DNA of 64,000 nucleotides from assembly GCF_026210795.1 (NCBI RefSeq), contig NC_089429.1, positions 6,882,001-6,946,000 on the forward strand, read 5' to 3'. The stretch's first letter is position 1; each line of letters opens with the position of its first letter. The notes beneath the pieces are model-generated. The model was given only the letters and a program-made list of their open reading frames with translations. It did no database searches and was not told the DNA's origin. Source of the DNA: Rhizophagus irregularis. Its lineage: Eukaryota. Below, piece by piece: positions 49,174-62,700 of this stretch. Position numbers and translations under genes: made by a program.

Positions 49174-50673
49174 ATGTCCAAACTCGGCAAAGACATTCTT
49201 ATCTTAATATTTGAAGAATTACAAGATAATTCAAAATCCTTTTTTCCATGTTTAATGGTTAATAGACTTTGGTGTGAAACAGCTGTTCCAATTTTATGGA
49301 GGGACCCTTGGTCTTATAGCGGTATCGATTATGGAAATAAAAGCTATTTATTTACCATTATTACCAACTATTTTTTTGATAATATTAAAAAATTTATAAC
49401 AGAGGAAAGAATCCAATTGTCTTCAGTTTTAGTTAAATCCACCCTGTTTGATTATTTATCCTTCTGCAGAAGTATCAACGTAAATACTATAAATAGTATA
49501 ATTTCTATTGGATCAACTTTAGCTTATAACCAATTTATTATGCAACAAGAATTTTATTATTTCTTTATAAAAAAATGTCCAAAGTTGAAATATTTGAATA
49601 CGAAATCAATTAAGCATCAAATATTTTACTTTCCAGAAGCTAAGACTTGTCTTGGATCACTTTGTGAATTAGAATTTGATACATCTATTGATTCAACATA
49701 CTTTTATGGATTATCACGTTTCTGTCAACGTATACAGAAACTCGTCATTATTAATAAGGACACAAAACTTAATCATGGGGTTGTTAAATTAATTGAAGTT
49801 CAGAAGAGCTTAAAGCATTTTGAGTGGAAAGATTGTTTTTATGGTGAATATTTTGCGAAAGATGATCCATACGAACAAATTCTTATTGTTCTGGAAAAGA
49901 AAGCAGGAAGTCTCAATTATCTAAGATTATCGTTCCAATATGTGTTAAATTATGAACATACATTATTGTTAGAGATACTTCCAAAATTTTATAAACTAAA
50001 GATATTAATAATTGATCACTATCTTCGTCTTAATAAAGAACAATTAGAACAATCAGAAAAATTGGAAAAGCAGCCCGAACTTGAAATCCTTAATGTAGAA
50101 CGTAATAGATTAAATACAGTTTCTAATATAATTAAAAATAGTGGAGGGCGTCTCAAAAAAATTTTATTCAAACCTTATTCCACTTCCGACTTTGAAACTG
50201 CTGACGAGAACTTTAATGAAAGTTCTCTCAATTTTATTCGTATAGTTTATGAAAATTGTCCTTCAATAGAATATTTGTCAATTTTATTTTCACCAACAAA
50301 GGAAAATTTCACTGAACTCGAAAAATTACTAAAAAGATGCCAAAATTTAAAGTCATTATTAATATTAATATTCGATACTAGCTTTAATGATTACGAAGAC
50401 CATTTAAAGTATGGGGAAGAACTATTAAAAATATTAATTAGATCGGCACCGACTAATTTTAAAGAAATTATATGTGATAGTGAATTCAAATTTTCTTTAA
50501 AAATGATGGAAGAATTCTTAGTAAATTGGAAAGATAGACGTGCACTTACTATATTTACTGTAATTGATCCTTCATCCATCATAGAAGAGGATTTTACAGA
50601 ATTAATCAATAAACATAAAAGTAATGGGGTAGTTAAAAAGTTTATTTATGATAATCCAATTCATGATTTATAA
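49174..50673 (+). CDS. F-box domain / RNI-like LRR protein, 499 aa, single exon
   Basis: Intact ORF; F-box MSKLGKDILILIFEELQD..CLMVNRLWCETAVPILWRDPW, FDYLSFCRSI motif and LRR-like repeats (CPKLKYL, CPSIEYL, CQNLKSL), typical of the expanded glomeromycete family. Confidence 0.9.
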   Translation: MSKLGKDILILIFEELQDNSKSFFPCLMVNRLWCETAVPILWRDPWSYSGIDYGNKSYLFTIITNYFFDNIKKFITEERIQLSSVLVKSTLFDYLSFCRSINVNTINSIISIGSTLAYNQFIMQQEFYYFFIKKCPKLKYLNTKSIKHQIFYFPEAKTCLGSLCELEFDTSIDSTYFYGLSRFCQRIQKLVIINKDTKLNHGVVKLIEVQKSLKHFEWKDCFYGEYFAKDDPYEQILIVLEKKAGSLNYLRLSFQYVLNYEHTLLLEILPKFYKLKILIIDHYLRLNKEQLEQSEKLEKQPELEILNVERNRLNTVSNIIKNSGGRLKKILFKPYSTSDFETADENFNESSLNFIRIVYENCPSIEYLSILFSPTKENFTELEKLLKRCQNLKSLLILIFDTSFNDYEDHLKYGEELLKILIRSAPTNFKEIICDSEFKFSLKMMEEFLVNWKDRRALTIFTVIDPSSIIEEDFTELINKHKSNGVVKKFIYDNPIHDL

Positions 50674-50873
50674 GACAAAATGTTAAAATCAAATTAACAA
50701 GAATTCAAAGTATTATTTGTAAAAATCTGCAGTATAATAATACGATGTAGATAAGAGCTGATTAATAAATTATTTTCTAACATTTTTGAACTTTTTTACA
50801 TTTACATGGCACTTGATGGTTTAAATATTGATTTGTTTTTAACGGAAAAAAATAAAGTATTAAAGTAGTACGT

Positions 50874-50943
50874 AATGTTAAGGCAGATTACAAAATTAGT
50901 AAGTTCTGAATGTTAAGGCAGATTACAAAATTAGTAAGTTCTG
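50874..50943. repeat. Perfect 35-bp tandem duplication
   Basis: AATGTTAAGGCAGATTACAAAATTAGTAAGTTCTG occurs twice. Confidence 0.95.
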
Positions 50944-51327
50944 GGAATATTAGAAACTCTACCACGCTTAATTGGTCATGGGCCACCCAAAAACTTGTAA
51001 TGGTTGCGATACTAACAGTTAATATTTATTTTGTGAAAATCAAAAAATTTTTTTTTTAAAAAAAATAATTAATTTACTATCTTATCTAAATCCACGTACG
51101 TGGAACTTACGTGGATTTTTAATTTGTATTTCATATCAGTTACTAAAATTTTAACACCCTTGAAACTTGTCCGAACTGCCCATCGTTTATTACCAATATA
51201 TTCTTGTTCTTCTACAATTCTCAATGTTTTCGCGTAGTATTAATTTGTGATCTTTAAATAATTGATTTTTTGATCGTAATCATCATCACTTGTTGAACCC
51301 TTGCAATTGAAAGTTGGGTACATTTTA

Positions 51328-54300
51328 CGGTGTACCGTTTGGATGAAAAGTGCCAAAATTTCGAAAAATTGATTTTTCGAATTTTTGAATTTTAAAATCT
51401 CCTTATAAGGAGATTCTCCTTATAAGGAAAATCTCCTTTTATGGCAATGTAACGTTACACAAATATCCAAATAAGGAAGTCGGTGTTACCAAATTTCCTT
51501 TTTTGGACGTTTTGTGTAACGTAGATCTATCCTATAAAAGGAAAATTTCCTTATAAGGCGATTTCAAAAGTTCAAAATTTCAAAATTTCAAAATTTCAAA
51601 AAAAAATTACCATAAAAGGAAATTTTTTTAAGATTTTTGAAATTTCGAAATTTCGAAATTTTGAATTTGAAAATCGCCTTTTAAGGAAATTTTCCTTTTA
51701 TGTAAGGGATCTACGTCGCACAATATTTAATTTATAGTGCCAGCCAGAATTATAATCTCCTTATACAGAAATTTTGTTTAAAAATATTTTTTTAACAAAT
51801 CTGGTGGCTAAACTATTTACCCGAATTCCGAAATCATGTGATTGTAATTCTGGCCGGAATTATAATTGATTTTATTAATTTTACAGTTACTTGTGATCAA
51901 TTTTTCAAAAAAGGAAATATTTAATTTCTACCAAAAATTGGAGTAATCCTGGGCGGATTTAAGAAAATTATTAATGTAACGTTACACAAATTTCCAAAAA
52001 AGGAAATTTTACTTCTCGCAAAAAATTGGAAATTTGGTTTCACAAATACTCCAAAAAAGGAAATTTATATGGAGATCACTTAATTCCGGCCAGCATTATA
52101 GCTTAATTATAGTGTGATAATTTTTTTAATATTCTTTTTAATATTCTTTTATATTCTTTAATTTTTATTTAATTTATTAGTAGTATTACTACAAAATTTT
52201 TTTTTTCATGATTTTTTGGCTAGCATTATGAACCATATGATAAATAAAATCATAATAAATAGATTTTAATTACTGAAAAAATTCTGTTTTTAGAATACTT
52301 ATAAAAATGGAAATGTAAAGAGTATTTAAAGTATTTATTATATAAGGAAATAAATTTTTGCTATAATTATATAAGAAAAATTTTGTAATAATACTAAAAA
52401 AGCTATTTATTATAGACATTATACTTTCTATTTTTTATTTTCAATAATTAATCTGTTATTATTTATTATTAGCTAGTGGTAATGTTGTAGGCTAAATTTT
52501 AACAATTGTTTAACTGCTAAATTTTATTTTAGATAATTTTACCTAAAATGCAAATTAATAAAATTTTTTTTTTAATAAATTTTTTATATTTTTTCCAATA
52601 AGTCTCTCCAATATTTGCCTTTAATATCCTTTTTATATTATTTTATTATAAGTAAATTTATTCATTACATATATAATGCATTACACTTTCCTTTTTGAAG
52701 AATGTCTAAAGTAGAAGTAAATTATATAATTTCAAAAAAAAATTTTCACCATATATATAAAATAATACAATCTCTTAAACATATATATTAAATGTACTAT
52801 TTTAATCTGCTCTATAAGTTTACTTAAAATACAAAATGAGGTTTTAAATGCCATTTTCAATTTATTTAAATTTTATTTTTTGTTTTTCTATTTTTGGATA
52901 TAATTAGCAAAATCTTTGTTTAAATATAAAGTTAAAAATAGTATTTAAAAACTATTTTTTTTCTTTAAGTAAACTTATAAAACAGATTAAGATATGCTTA
53001 TTTTATGATTTTCAAATTTATATTAATTTTAATTTATAAAAAAAAGAATATTTATTAAAACAATTTATTAAAAAGAAAAGAATATTTATTAAAAAGAATA
53101 TTTATTAAAAAATTTTATTAAAAAGAATATTAAATAAGTTTATTATATATTGTTTTCTTTTCATTAAAAATATGTTTAATATATCACTTAAATACAAATA
53201 TTGAGTTATTAATAAAATCAGTAATAATTATTTTGTATAATTGAAAATTTAATAAAAAAATTAACAAAAAAAATTAAAAAAAATTAAAAAGCTTATTAAA
53301 AAAAATTAAAATGTTTATTAAGAAAAATTAAAAAGTTTATAAAAAAAGTTTATTAAAAAAAATATAAAAATTATTAAAAATTTATTAAAAAGAATATTAT
53401 ATAAGTTTTATCATATATTGCTTTTTCTTTATTAAAAATATTAATATATCGCTTAAATACAGATATTGGAAAATGCTAGCTATTAGTAAAATTGATAATT
53501 ATTTTGTATACAGTCAACCCTTGATATAGTGAATTTTTCAAACAACTATAATAAATTTCCCTTGTTATAATAAATTAACCAATTAAATCTCTTAAAATCT
53601 TCACTATAGCCTTATAGCGAAGTTGAGGTCTAGAATCTAGGGTTTGTTATAATAAGGGTTGATTGTAATTGAAAATTTGATAAAAAAAAAAATTAAAATG
53701 TTCATTAAGAAAAATTAAAAAGTTTATAAAAAAGTTTATTATAATTTATTAAAAAAAATAAAAAAATTATTTAAAAAGAATATTATATAAGTTTTATCAT
53801 ATATTGCTTTCTCTTTATTAAAAACATTAATATATCGTTTAAATACAAATATTGGAAAATGCTAGCCATTAGTAAAATTGATAATCATTTTGTATAATTG
53901 AAAATAATTTGACAAAAAAAAACAAAAATAATTAAAAAGTTTATTAAGAAAGTTAAAAGAAAAAAAAGTTTTTTAAGAAAAATTAAAAAATAAAAATATA
54001 AAAATTTTATAAAAAAATTTATTAAAAAGAATATTAAATAAATTCATTATATATTGTTTTCTTTTTATTAAAAACATATTTAATACATCACTTAAATATA
54101 AATATTTATTTTGTATAATTAAAAATTTGATTAAAAAACAAAAAAAAAATAAAAATTATTAAAAATTTTATTAATATAAATTTTATCATATATTGCTTTT
54201 TCTTCATTAAAAATATGTATTATTCAAATACAAATATTAGAAGATACTAGCCATTAGTAAAATTGATAATTATTTTGCATAATTAAAAAATTAATATAAT

Positions 54301-55202
54301 GCTAATAATAATAATAATAATAATTATTATTATTATTATTATTTTGATAATTGCATTCTATTGGATGGATATAGCTTATGATAATTTGTTTATATGGTAT
54401 ATGAACTTAATATTAATAAAGTATATATAGATCATTAAAAAAAAAATTAAAAGTTTATTAAAAAAATTAAATTTTTTTAATTAAAAAAGAATATAAAAAA
54501 TTTATAATGCTGGCCGGAATTAAGTGATCGCCATGTAAATTTCCTTTTTTGGAGTATTTGTGAAACCAAATTTCCAATTTTTTGCGAGAAGCAAAATTTC
54601 CTTTTTTGGAAATTTGTGTAACGTTACATTAATATTTTTCTTAAATCCGGCCAGGATTACTCCAATTTTTGGTAAAAATAAATATTAACACATGATTTCG
54701 GAATTCGGGTAAATAGTTTAGCCACCAGATTTGTTAAAAAAATATTTTTAAACAAAATTTCCGTATAAGGAGATTATAATTCTGGCTGGCACTATAAATT
54801 AAATATTGTGCAACGTAGATCCCTTACATAAAAGGAAAATTTCCTTAAAAGGCGATTTTCAAATTCAAAATTTTGAAATTTCGAAATTTCAAAAATCTTA
54901 AAAAAAATTTCCTTTTATGGTAATTTTTTTTTGAAATTTCGAAATTTTGAAATTTTGAACTTTTAAAATCGCCTTATAAGGAAATTTTCTTTTTATAGGA
55001 TAGATCTACGTTACACAAAATGTCCAAAAAAGGAAATTTGGTAACACCAACTTCCTTATTTGGACATTTGTGTAACGTTACATTGCCATAAAAGGAGATT
55101 TTCCTTATAAGGAGAATCTCCTTATAAGGAGATTTTAAAATTCAAAATTTCGAAAAATCAATTTTTCGAAATTTTGGCACTTTTCGTTCAAACGGTACAC
55201 CG
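51328..55202. mobile_element. Foldback-type non-autonomous DNA transposon with ~700-770-bp TIRs
   Basis: 51328-~52099 is the near-perfect reverse complement of ~54503-55202 (CGGTGTACCGTTTG ... CAAACGGTACACCG); TA on both sides; extremely AT-rich repetitive interior with no ORF. Confidence 0.92.
53511..53665. mobile_element. pogo/Tc1-type MITE nested in the foldback element
   Basis: TA|CAGTCAACCCTTGATATA ... TATAATAAGGGTTGATTG|TA; empty sites TTTTGTATAATTGAAAA in neighbouring repeat units (~53231, ~53888). Confidence 0.88.
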
Positions 55203-57339
55203 TAACATTTATCGTTATTCATTATCGAAATTTTTTAGCAGCAAAATCCTATTTTATCACGAAATACAGTATCTGTCACATGTGCTGACGGCCATTTCGC
55301 GACCACCCCAGCATAGCCTAAAAAAAATGGCACAAACATTAAAAAGTATTGTTTTGATTTTTCAAATCAACAGCGTTTTTTTCTCGATGGTAAATTACGA
55401 GTTTGTAATATAGTAAATTTTAAGATTATAAGTAATTTATTATTCATTTATTTTTTAACGAATTATTAATATGTCCCATAGTTGTAGAACAAAGAATTTG
55501 CTCTTGAATTTTTATAGACTTCATCATTATTAGATTTTAGTGGTAATATAAAATAAATTATGAAAATATATACCTTTTAATTCAAAATCGCGTATTATGT
55601 GTGTTAACCTCTCCAAGTTAAAGGATTTGTTCTCTTCTGTTGATAAGTCTTTACCTCTTGCACCATCTTTCTAATTGAATTTAAAGTTTTTTTCTACACT
55701 CTTTCTCCATCTAATATTTTTATGCCACCTTTGTAATCTAAGTATGACTTAAATGAAATCTCAACAATTAAAGTGATTAGAGTTTAAATGGTAAGTTTTT
55801 TTGCAAAACTTATCATACATTTGTCTTTTAGTTGAAGTTAAATAGTGTTTCTTATTTATTTTATTTTTGTAGGTCCTTCAAATATCAATTGGAAGTAAAG
55901 GATTTAAAACATTAAGTTTTGTACTGAAACTAGTTACTTTAGAGGGAGGGGTAGAATTAAATTTATTTATTTTTTAATTGAATTTACACTTACTAACTGA
56001 ATATTTTTATATTTTTATTTATTTATTTAGAATCTTTTTTGCAATTAAAATGATTTTTAGTTGGATAATATTATATGTATTTCTGTAAATTATTTTAAAT
56101 AATCTTTCTGTTGAATTATTATTTAATTTTTATTAATTCTCAAGGGAATATAATAGTAATATATGAGATAGTAATATATTCAAGCAAACAAAAAAAATAG
56201 AAAAAGAGAAATTAAAAACTTCTCATCCAACTGATGTTTATTTTTGACTTGGAAATCCCAATCTTCTTTCTGCATTTTTAGAAGTTCTTGAATCGTCTAA
56301 ACTTCTTGTAGTGTGTACTGAGAGGTCTCTAATTGGACCACAAGTTCATTTTTTTCATTAATGGCTATTCTTGAGCTTGTTGGAATACTCAGCAGTATTT
56401 GGCTCCAGAAATATAATTTATTTGAGAGAACCAGTTTGATGTTTAGAGGGACTTTCTAATTATTACTAAAATCCATATTATCATCTTTATTAAAAGAAAA
56501 TGCAGATATTTGTAAGTATTGTATTTTTCTTCTGAAAGATCCCTTGCTTATCTATCTTATTATAACCAGGCTTAGTTGCATTCTTTTGAGAAGACTTCAT
56601 GTCAATGTAGCCCTTGTTGCCATAATTTTTGAATGTTCTTTTTGAAAATTCTCTGATTTTCTTCTTTTTTGCTTTAGGAAATGAAGGCAATATATATCCA
56701 AGGATAAAATTTCTTATACATAAACAAATTGGGTCACCAGTGCATACTTCAAGTTTTTATTTTTCTTAAAATATTCAATAAGCAACTGAAATTTGTTTCT
56801 TTTCTATTTTATAGCTTTTAAGTTTTAACAGTAAAATTGTCTAAATTTTGTGAAACTTATCCCTGTTCTATAGTTGAAGTATGCATATATTACTTGGAAT
56901 GTTTTTAACTATGGCTAATGTCTTTTGCATTTAGAAGTATCCATTTGCCTAGAAACTAATTGACTGAAATCTCTTCTAATATATAGATCCAATTATAATG
57001 TTAGTATTAGTATAAAAATTCAGAATAACATGATAATGAATGTAAATCATTTGGTTTTTTATTATAGCTAAAATTACACAATTTCATATTAAACTTATTA
57101 AACATCTTAAAGTAAAATTGTTCTTGTAATTTACTAGGAACTATATTCTCTCTCTGGTCTTGAAAAATATTAAGTGTCAAAAAATTGCTGCTTAATTTGT
57201 AAGGCCCATCTTCTTTGAGGAGTTGTGAAGAGGTAGTTTTCCATTTGATATATCCCATAATAGCATGCTGACACTATATACATCACTTTTTTCATCTATC
57301 AGGTAAATTGATGCAGAATGATTCTAGCAGCTAATATAT

Positions 57340-57990
57340 ATATTATAAATCCCTCTTCAGTTTGCTTCTTCATAAACATTTTGTCTGCATATCAGAAATG
57401 AATTTAAAGGCTTTTAATTATAAATAAACCCAAATTATTGTATAATTAACCCCTTCTTAATTTGCCTCTAAATGAACATTTCTTCTACAGGATTAGGAGA
57501 CTTTTTTTAACCAAAATTATTGGTATTAATTACAATAAATTCCCCTTCAATTTACTTCTTTATAAATATTTAACCTGCATATTAAAAAATCAAAATTGTC
57601 ATATAATAAATTCCTTTTCAATTTGCTTCTTTATATACATTCTATCTGCATATTAGAAATGAATTGGAGAATTTTAAAAACAAAATTGTTATATAATTAA
57701 TCCATCTTCAATTTGCTTCTTTATGAACATTTTTTTTGCAGATTAAAAATGGATTAGAAGGCCTCTTTGAACCAAAATTAATGTTAATTACAAATATTAT
57801 TACCATCCTCCTCACTGTTGCTCCAGCTCTTTTCACAAGTTCATAATGACCTTTTTGGTTTACTTCTTTGTGAAAAGGATTTTAATTTCCTTTTTAGTTT
57901 GATTTTTATACATTACTTCTGCATATTAAAACTGAATTAGGAGGCTTTTTTGATCACAAATAATAAAACCCAAAATTGTTATATAATTTT
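57340..57990 (-). pseudogene. Tandem array of ~7 degenerate HMG-box (MATA-type) N-terminal fragments
   Basis: Minus-strand translations KKPPNSVLICRSNV, KRPSNPFLICKKNVHKEAN*, NSFLICR*NVYKEAN*, FLICRLNIYKEVN*RG and KPLNSFLICRQNVYEEAN*RGIYN match the HMG helix-1 pattern RPPNxFxxxR. Confidence 0.6.
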
Positions 57991-59539
57991 ATTGTACAAT
58001 TTCAATTTTGAAAGCTCTGCCTTTAACAAAAATTAGATTGCTTACTATATGAATAATTAATCATAATAATATATCATTATAACTTTAGCCTATAAAATCT
58101 TTTGGTTCAATTTTAAATTCCATCAAATCCATAGACATAATAAGTCTTTAAAGTGTTTTTGTTTCAATTTTAAATTCCATTAAATCTATAGACATAAGAA
58201 CTTGATTAATTATCTAGTTACCAGCAGTTAAAATTTTCTCATTGATATTTTTGTTTTTTTTAAGAAAGTAATTCTAAAATTTTGTTTTCTTATTAAGTAT
58301 GTTTTTCATTTTTTGCAAATGGACTTTAGCTACTTTTCTTTTATTTTTGCAATAAACTTTAACAATTATTCACAGTTTCAAAAGTACTACTTGGTATAGA
58401 AATCAAAAACAATTACTAAAATAGTAAATACTGCTGGATTTCATATATGCTTGGTTGTTTTAAAGATATAACCATAATCTTTCTAATAATTTAATTATAA
58501 GAAATTTTTATATAAAAGTAAGTAATAATTATGCCAAATCAATGATTTATGTATTCCTTCTAGCTGTTATGTCAGCAGAAATGCATATTTAAATGAAAAT
58601 TTATTTTTATAAAGGTTCAAGCATTATCTAACATAATAACCAAAATCTTTAATATTATCATGAATTTTTTTTTGTATATGTATTTGGCTTATTGGCTGTA
58701 TATATTTAAGATTGTAATGATTTAAGATTTTCTTTTCATCCTATTTTTATGTTAATTATTTTACTTATTTTCTTTGTAAAGAATATAGAAATGTTTGTAA
58801 AAGACACTAAAATGTCAGAAATTTCTACAAAGGACACTGATTCTTTCTTGTCATTAGAAAGTTCAAATAATAAAAGTTTTAATATTTATAGCATCTATAG
58901 TAATTTTATAATTTAATTCCATAAATAACCATTAGTGAATGTATATACTCAAATATTTCTCTTTTCTATTATGTGAATTATATGAAATCAATGGCTCATA
59001 TATTAATGAATCAATATACACTCTTTCATCTTGATATATTGAATCATATTATATAAATAAGCTGATAAGTAGAAAATTTTCTTCATTTTACTGGAATATT
59101 CCCATTTGATTCTCCCATTTCTTTGCAATGAATTTTGAATGATTATAGGTATAAATGAATTGTTTTATTAAAGAAAAGTGAGTACCGAGATACAAATAGT
59201 GCGTGATCACATATTTATTTATTTTGATTTATATCACAGCACTAACTTTGATCCAAACACAAAAGGTAAAAGAACAAAAAAAAATAGGAAAAAAAATATT
59301 ATTAAAAAAAATTAGTAAAAGACATCATCGCAGCATCGATCTAACCGCTGATCCAAGCTTAAAAGGTGAAAAATAATGAAAAAAATTAGCAAAGTAATAA
59401 TTAGAAAAAAACATTATTATTAAAAAAAAGGTGTTGCAGTGTCATTTCTACCAGATTCAAGTCTAAAAACATTCAAAAAATTATATAAAAGATTTAATAT
59501 ATTATAAAAGAGTTTAAAAAAAAACCTGAAAAAAAACTA

Positions 59540-59721
59540 TACTAAAAAAAATGGTTGTCCAGAAAAATGCAGAGAATGTCCAGTGGAAAATTGCAATATT
59601 CTGGATGTTGAGACATGATTGTGTTTTTCCAGAAAATGACTAGGAGGATTAAAGCCCAGTGTCCAGAAAGTATTTTCCAGACATTTTCGATGACAACAAT
59701 TTCTGATATTTTTTTATAGGG
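59540..59721. mobile_element. Degenerate CCCTATA-family element (right end clear)
   Basis: Ends in TTTTTTTATAGGG; internal TCCAGAAA repeats; left end eroded. Confidence 0.4.
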
Positions 59722-62700
59722 AAGAGTAAACGTATTAGAACCAAAAATAAGATGACGTTATTATTTTAGCTAAAGAAAAATGTCAACATCATTTTCTAAT
59801 TTAATAATAGTACATGTATAAAATAATATTTACAATAAATAATAAAATTTTGATATAATTATATTTAAAACATATCAATATTAAAATTATATATAATTTT
59901 TGATTACTTTTGCAAAAATATTGAATTAAAAGTTTGAAACATTCATTTGCGAGATCTTGAAATTAATATTATGATAATCATCTATTGATTTTTCATATAT
60001 ATTTAAGAATATAATAGAATGGCGTCCTGATGAAATTTTTAATTTGTTGACATGAATCTACGAATTTTGAATTTCTTCACCATTGTGGTAAGTTGAGAAT
60101 TAGCAACTTACTTCTATGATTGTCATTGTACTGTATCTTACTAGGGGTTTTAAAATATTTTTTTAAAAAACTTTTATTTATTTTTATTTGTGTTCCTTTT
60201 ACTTTCGTTGTAAACGGTCGAATATCAAGCATGAAAAGATGATAAAATTCAACCACCAAATGTAATTGCCAAATATTAAGAACGAACAAATTAATTATGA
60301 ATTGACGTAGATGGATAAATAATTAGCCGAAAAGGATAAACATTTAGGAAGAGTAATGATCTACATGATGTAATATTTATCAAATGATTGACAAAGAACC
60401 AATAGGATAAATAGAGTCGATCAATTGGGGCTTAGCAATCTTTAACAATAAGAACGATAAGAAAGAATAATTATAAGCCACAAAAGATAGATTATAAGCA
60501 AAATACATAAAGCGAATTAAAAGAACATATAAAATAATGTCAGAAAGATTAAAAAACATAAAATAATATAAAAGATAACATAAAAAGATAATACAAAGAT
60601 ATTATAAAAGATAATATATATATATATAAAAGATAGCATATTAAAAGATAGCGTATTTAAAATATAGATAGTATATTAGAAAGATAGTTCAAAGATAATA
60701 TGTAAAAAGAATATAAAAGATAGTATATAGATAGAATAGAAAGTAGTGTAAATTTGTATAAATAGAGAACGGGATTCAAAGTAATTCCACAGTTCTCATC
60801 CACAAAACTCAATAAAAATATAAGTTTTATTTTTTTAATTATTTGTTAGTAAAGTTTGATGTTAATTAAAGGTAATAGGTTCGCCCTAAACTTTAATTAA
60901 TGTTTGCTTAATTAATTTTAATTGAATAAATGGAAATTTTAAGATGAATTAAATATACACTTTTGGAAAGTAATAATTCGTAGCGAGAGCTATCGAAGTT
61001 TGAAATTAAAGGTAAAAGTGGATATAATTTGGGAAAATTTAGAGAAGTTAAATTTTATTTTATATCATTCGACGTTTTATATTACTAACGCTATTTATGT
61101 CGTGAACCAAGAATGTTGTATGTTGTTCGTTGATTATGTTGTTTGTTAATTATGTCATTGATTATTAGCTTGTTCGTTTAATTGTTCGTTCGTTCGTTTA
61201 TTCGTTCGTTCGACCATGGGAATGCCCGTTCGATGTGGCAACTCTGTAAATTGATGACAGAGAGAATTGGGGGATCTCATCGTCTTTGTTGTTTATTTTT
61301 TTATAGTACAGTGGAGGAGCAGTTCTGGAGAAGTGTTGGCTTACGCATCCGAAACAATATTAAGACTAGCCAGTACTTCTTTTTTATATTTCTTCCATGA
61401 TGTTATCCTTGAAATTTGAATTGAATATCTACATTCAGCATATAATGAGTTGACAAATCATTTTAATACTCGATGTAGCTATGAAATGATAAGAATAGCG
61501 TGACTTGTCGAATATTTTTATTTTAGTTATATTTTACTCATCTCTGCAGACGTAAACTTTTGTCTTCCAAATACTGGATTTATAAAAGTAATCTTCTTGA
61601 CAGAATTTCAACTCCAGATATAACATTTGATTTTGTTAATTGAAAAAATTTTTATTATCTCATCTAACTGATTCTCAATGGAAATACCTTTTTTGACATA
61701 TCATGTGGGTTATTATGATTCTGATCCAATAATTCAAAATTCTCAAGCCAAGTAAATAATTAATAACGATAATATTCAAATTATCTAAAGGAATCATCAC
61801 TACATATTTCTTACAAAAAATTTAGTCACGAGGAATTTGTCTGTCCAAGCCAGTCACATCTCCTGATCACGTGTAATCAATTGCAATATTTGAGCATAAA
61901 AGCATAAATAGATAATTACATCTGAAGATAAAAGAAACTTTTGAAAAGGGTCAAATTTTATACTAAGTTTCATAATGAAGTAATATATTTATCTTTTTAA
62001 TAAAGAAGAAACCAAAATAATTTATAAATAAAGTGATTACGCAATCATTGAAAAAGAAATTAAAAAGGGATTAAAATAAACCGAGTAAATTGGTTTATCA
62101 AATCACATATAGAATGATTTCTAAAGCTATGATAGATACATTTGTACCGACGTTAATAGAATAGTTTTATCGCATTTTTTCAATATAAATTTTATATTGT
62201 TTTTAGTATGTGACGACATTTATTTATATAACAAAATTTTATCCAGATAATATGACCGTAACTCAAGGATTTCGAATAATTATTGTTAATACAAAATTTA
62301 TAAATGTTTGCATACTATCAACATTTTATTTCTTTACTTGCTGTTTTACAAAATCTTTTCATAATTATCTCGATTATCCGAAAAATTTACATATAATTAA
62401 ATTAATTATAGCTAAAAAAATATATACGTATATTTATGTATATTAATTACTTACTAGTATCTCTTAATCCTAAATGCAATTTTTGAAATATTTTAATACT
62501 TTAGATAATGTCATCTTTAACAATACTATTTATTTTTAATATACTATCATTATCGTTATTCTAGATTTGATTTATTGAAATCATCAACTAGAAAGAGAAT
62601 TTGATTTAAATATCAAATATGTTCAGGTAAATTATCAAATTGATATAGTTTACTTGTAGATAATCTGCTTGTATAATAAATACTTGTACAAATATTTTTA

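Noticed and set aside
60060..61800. Possible minus-strand pseudogene fragments
   Set aside because: Many stops and frameshifts, with no domain I can support.
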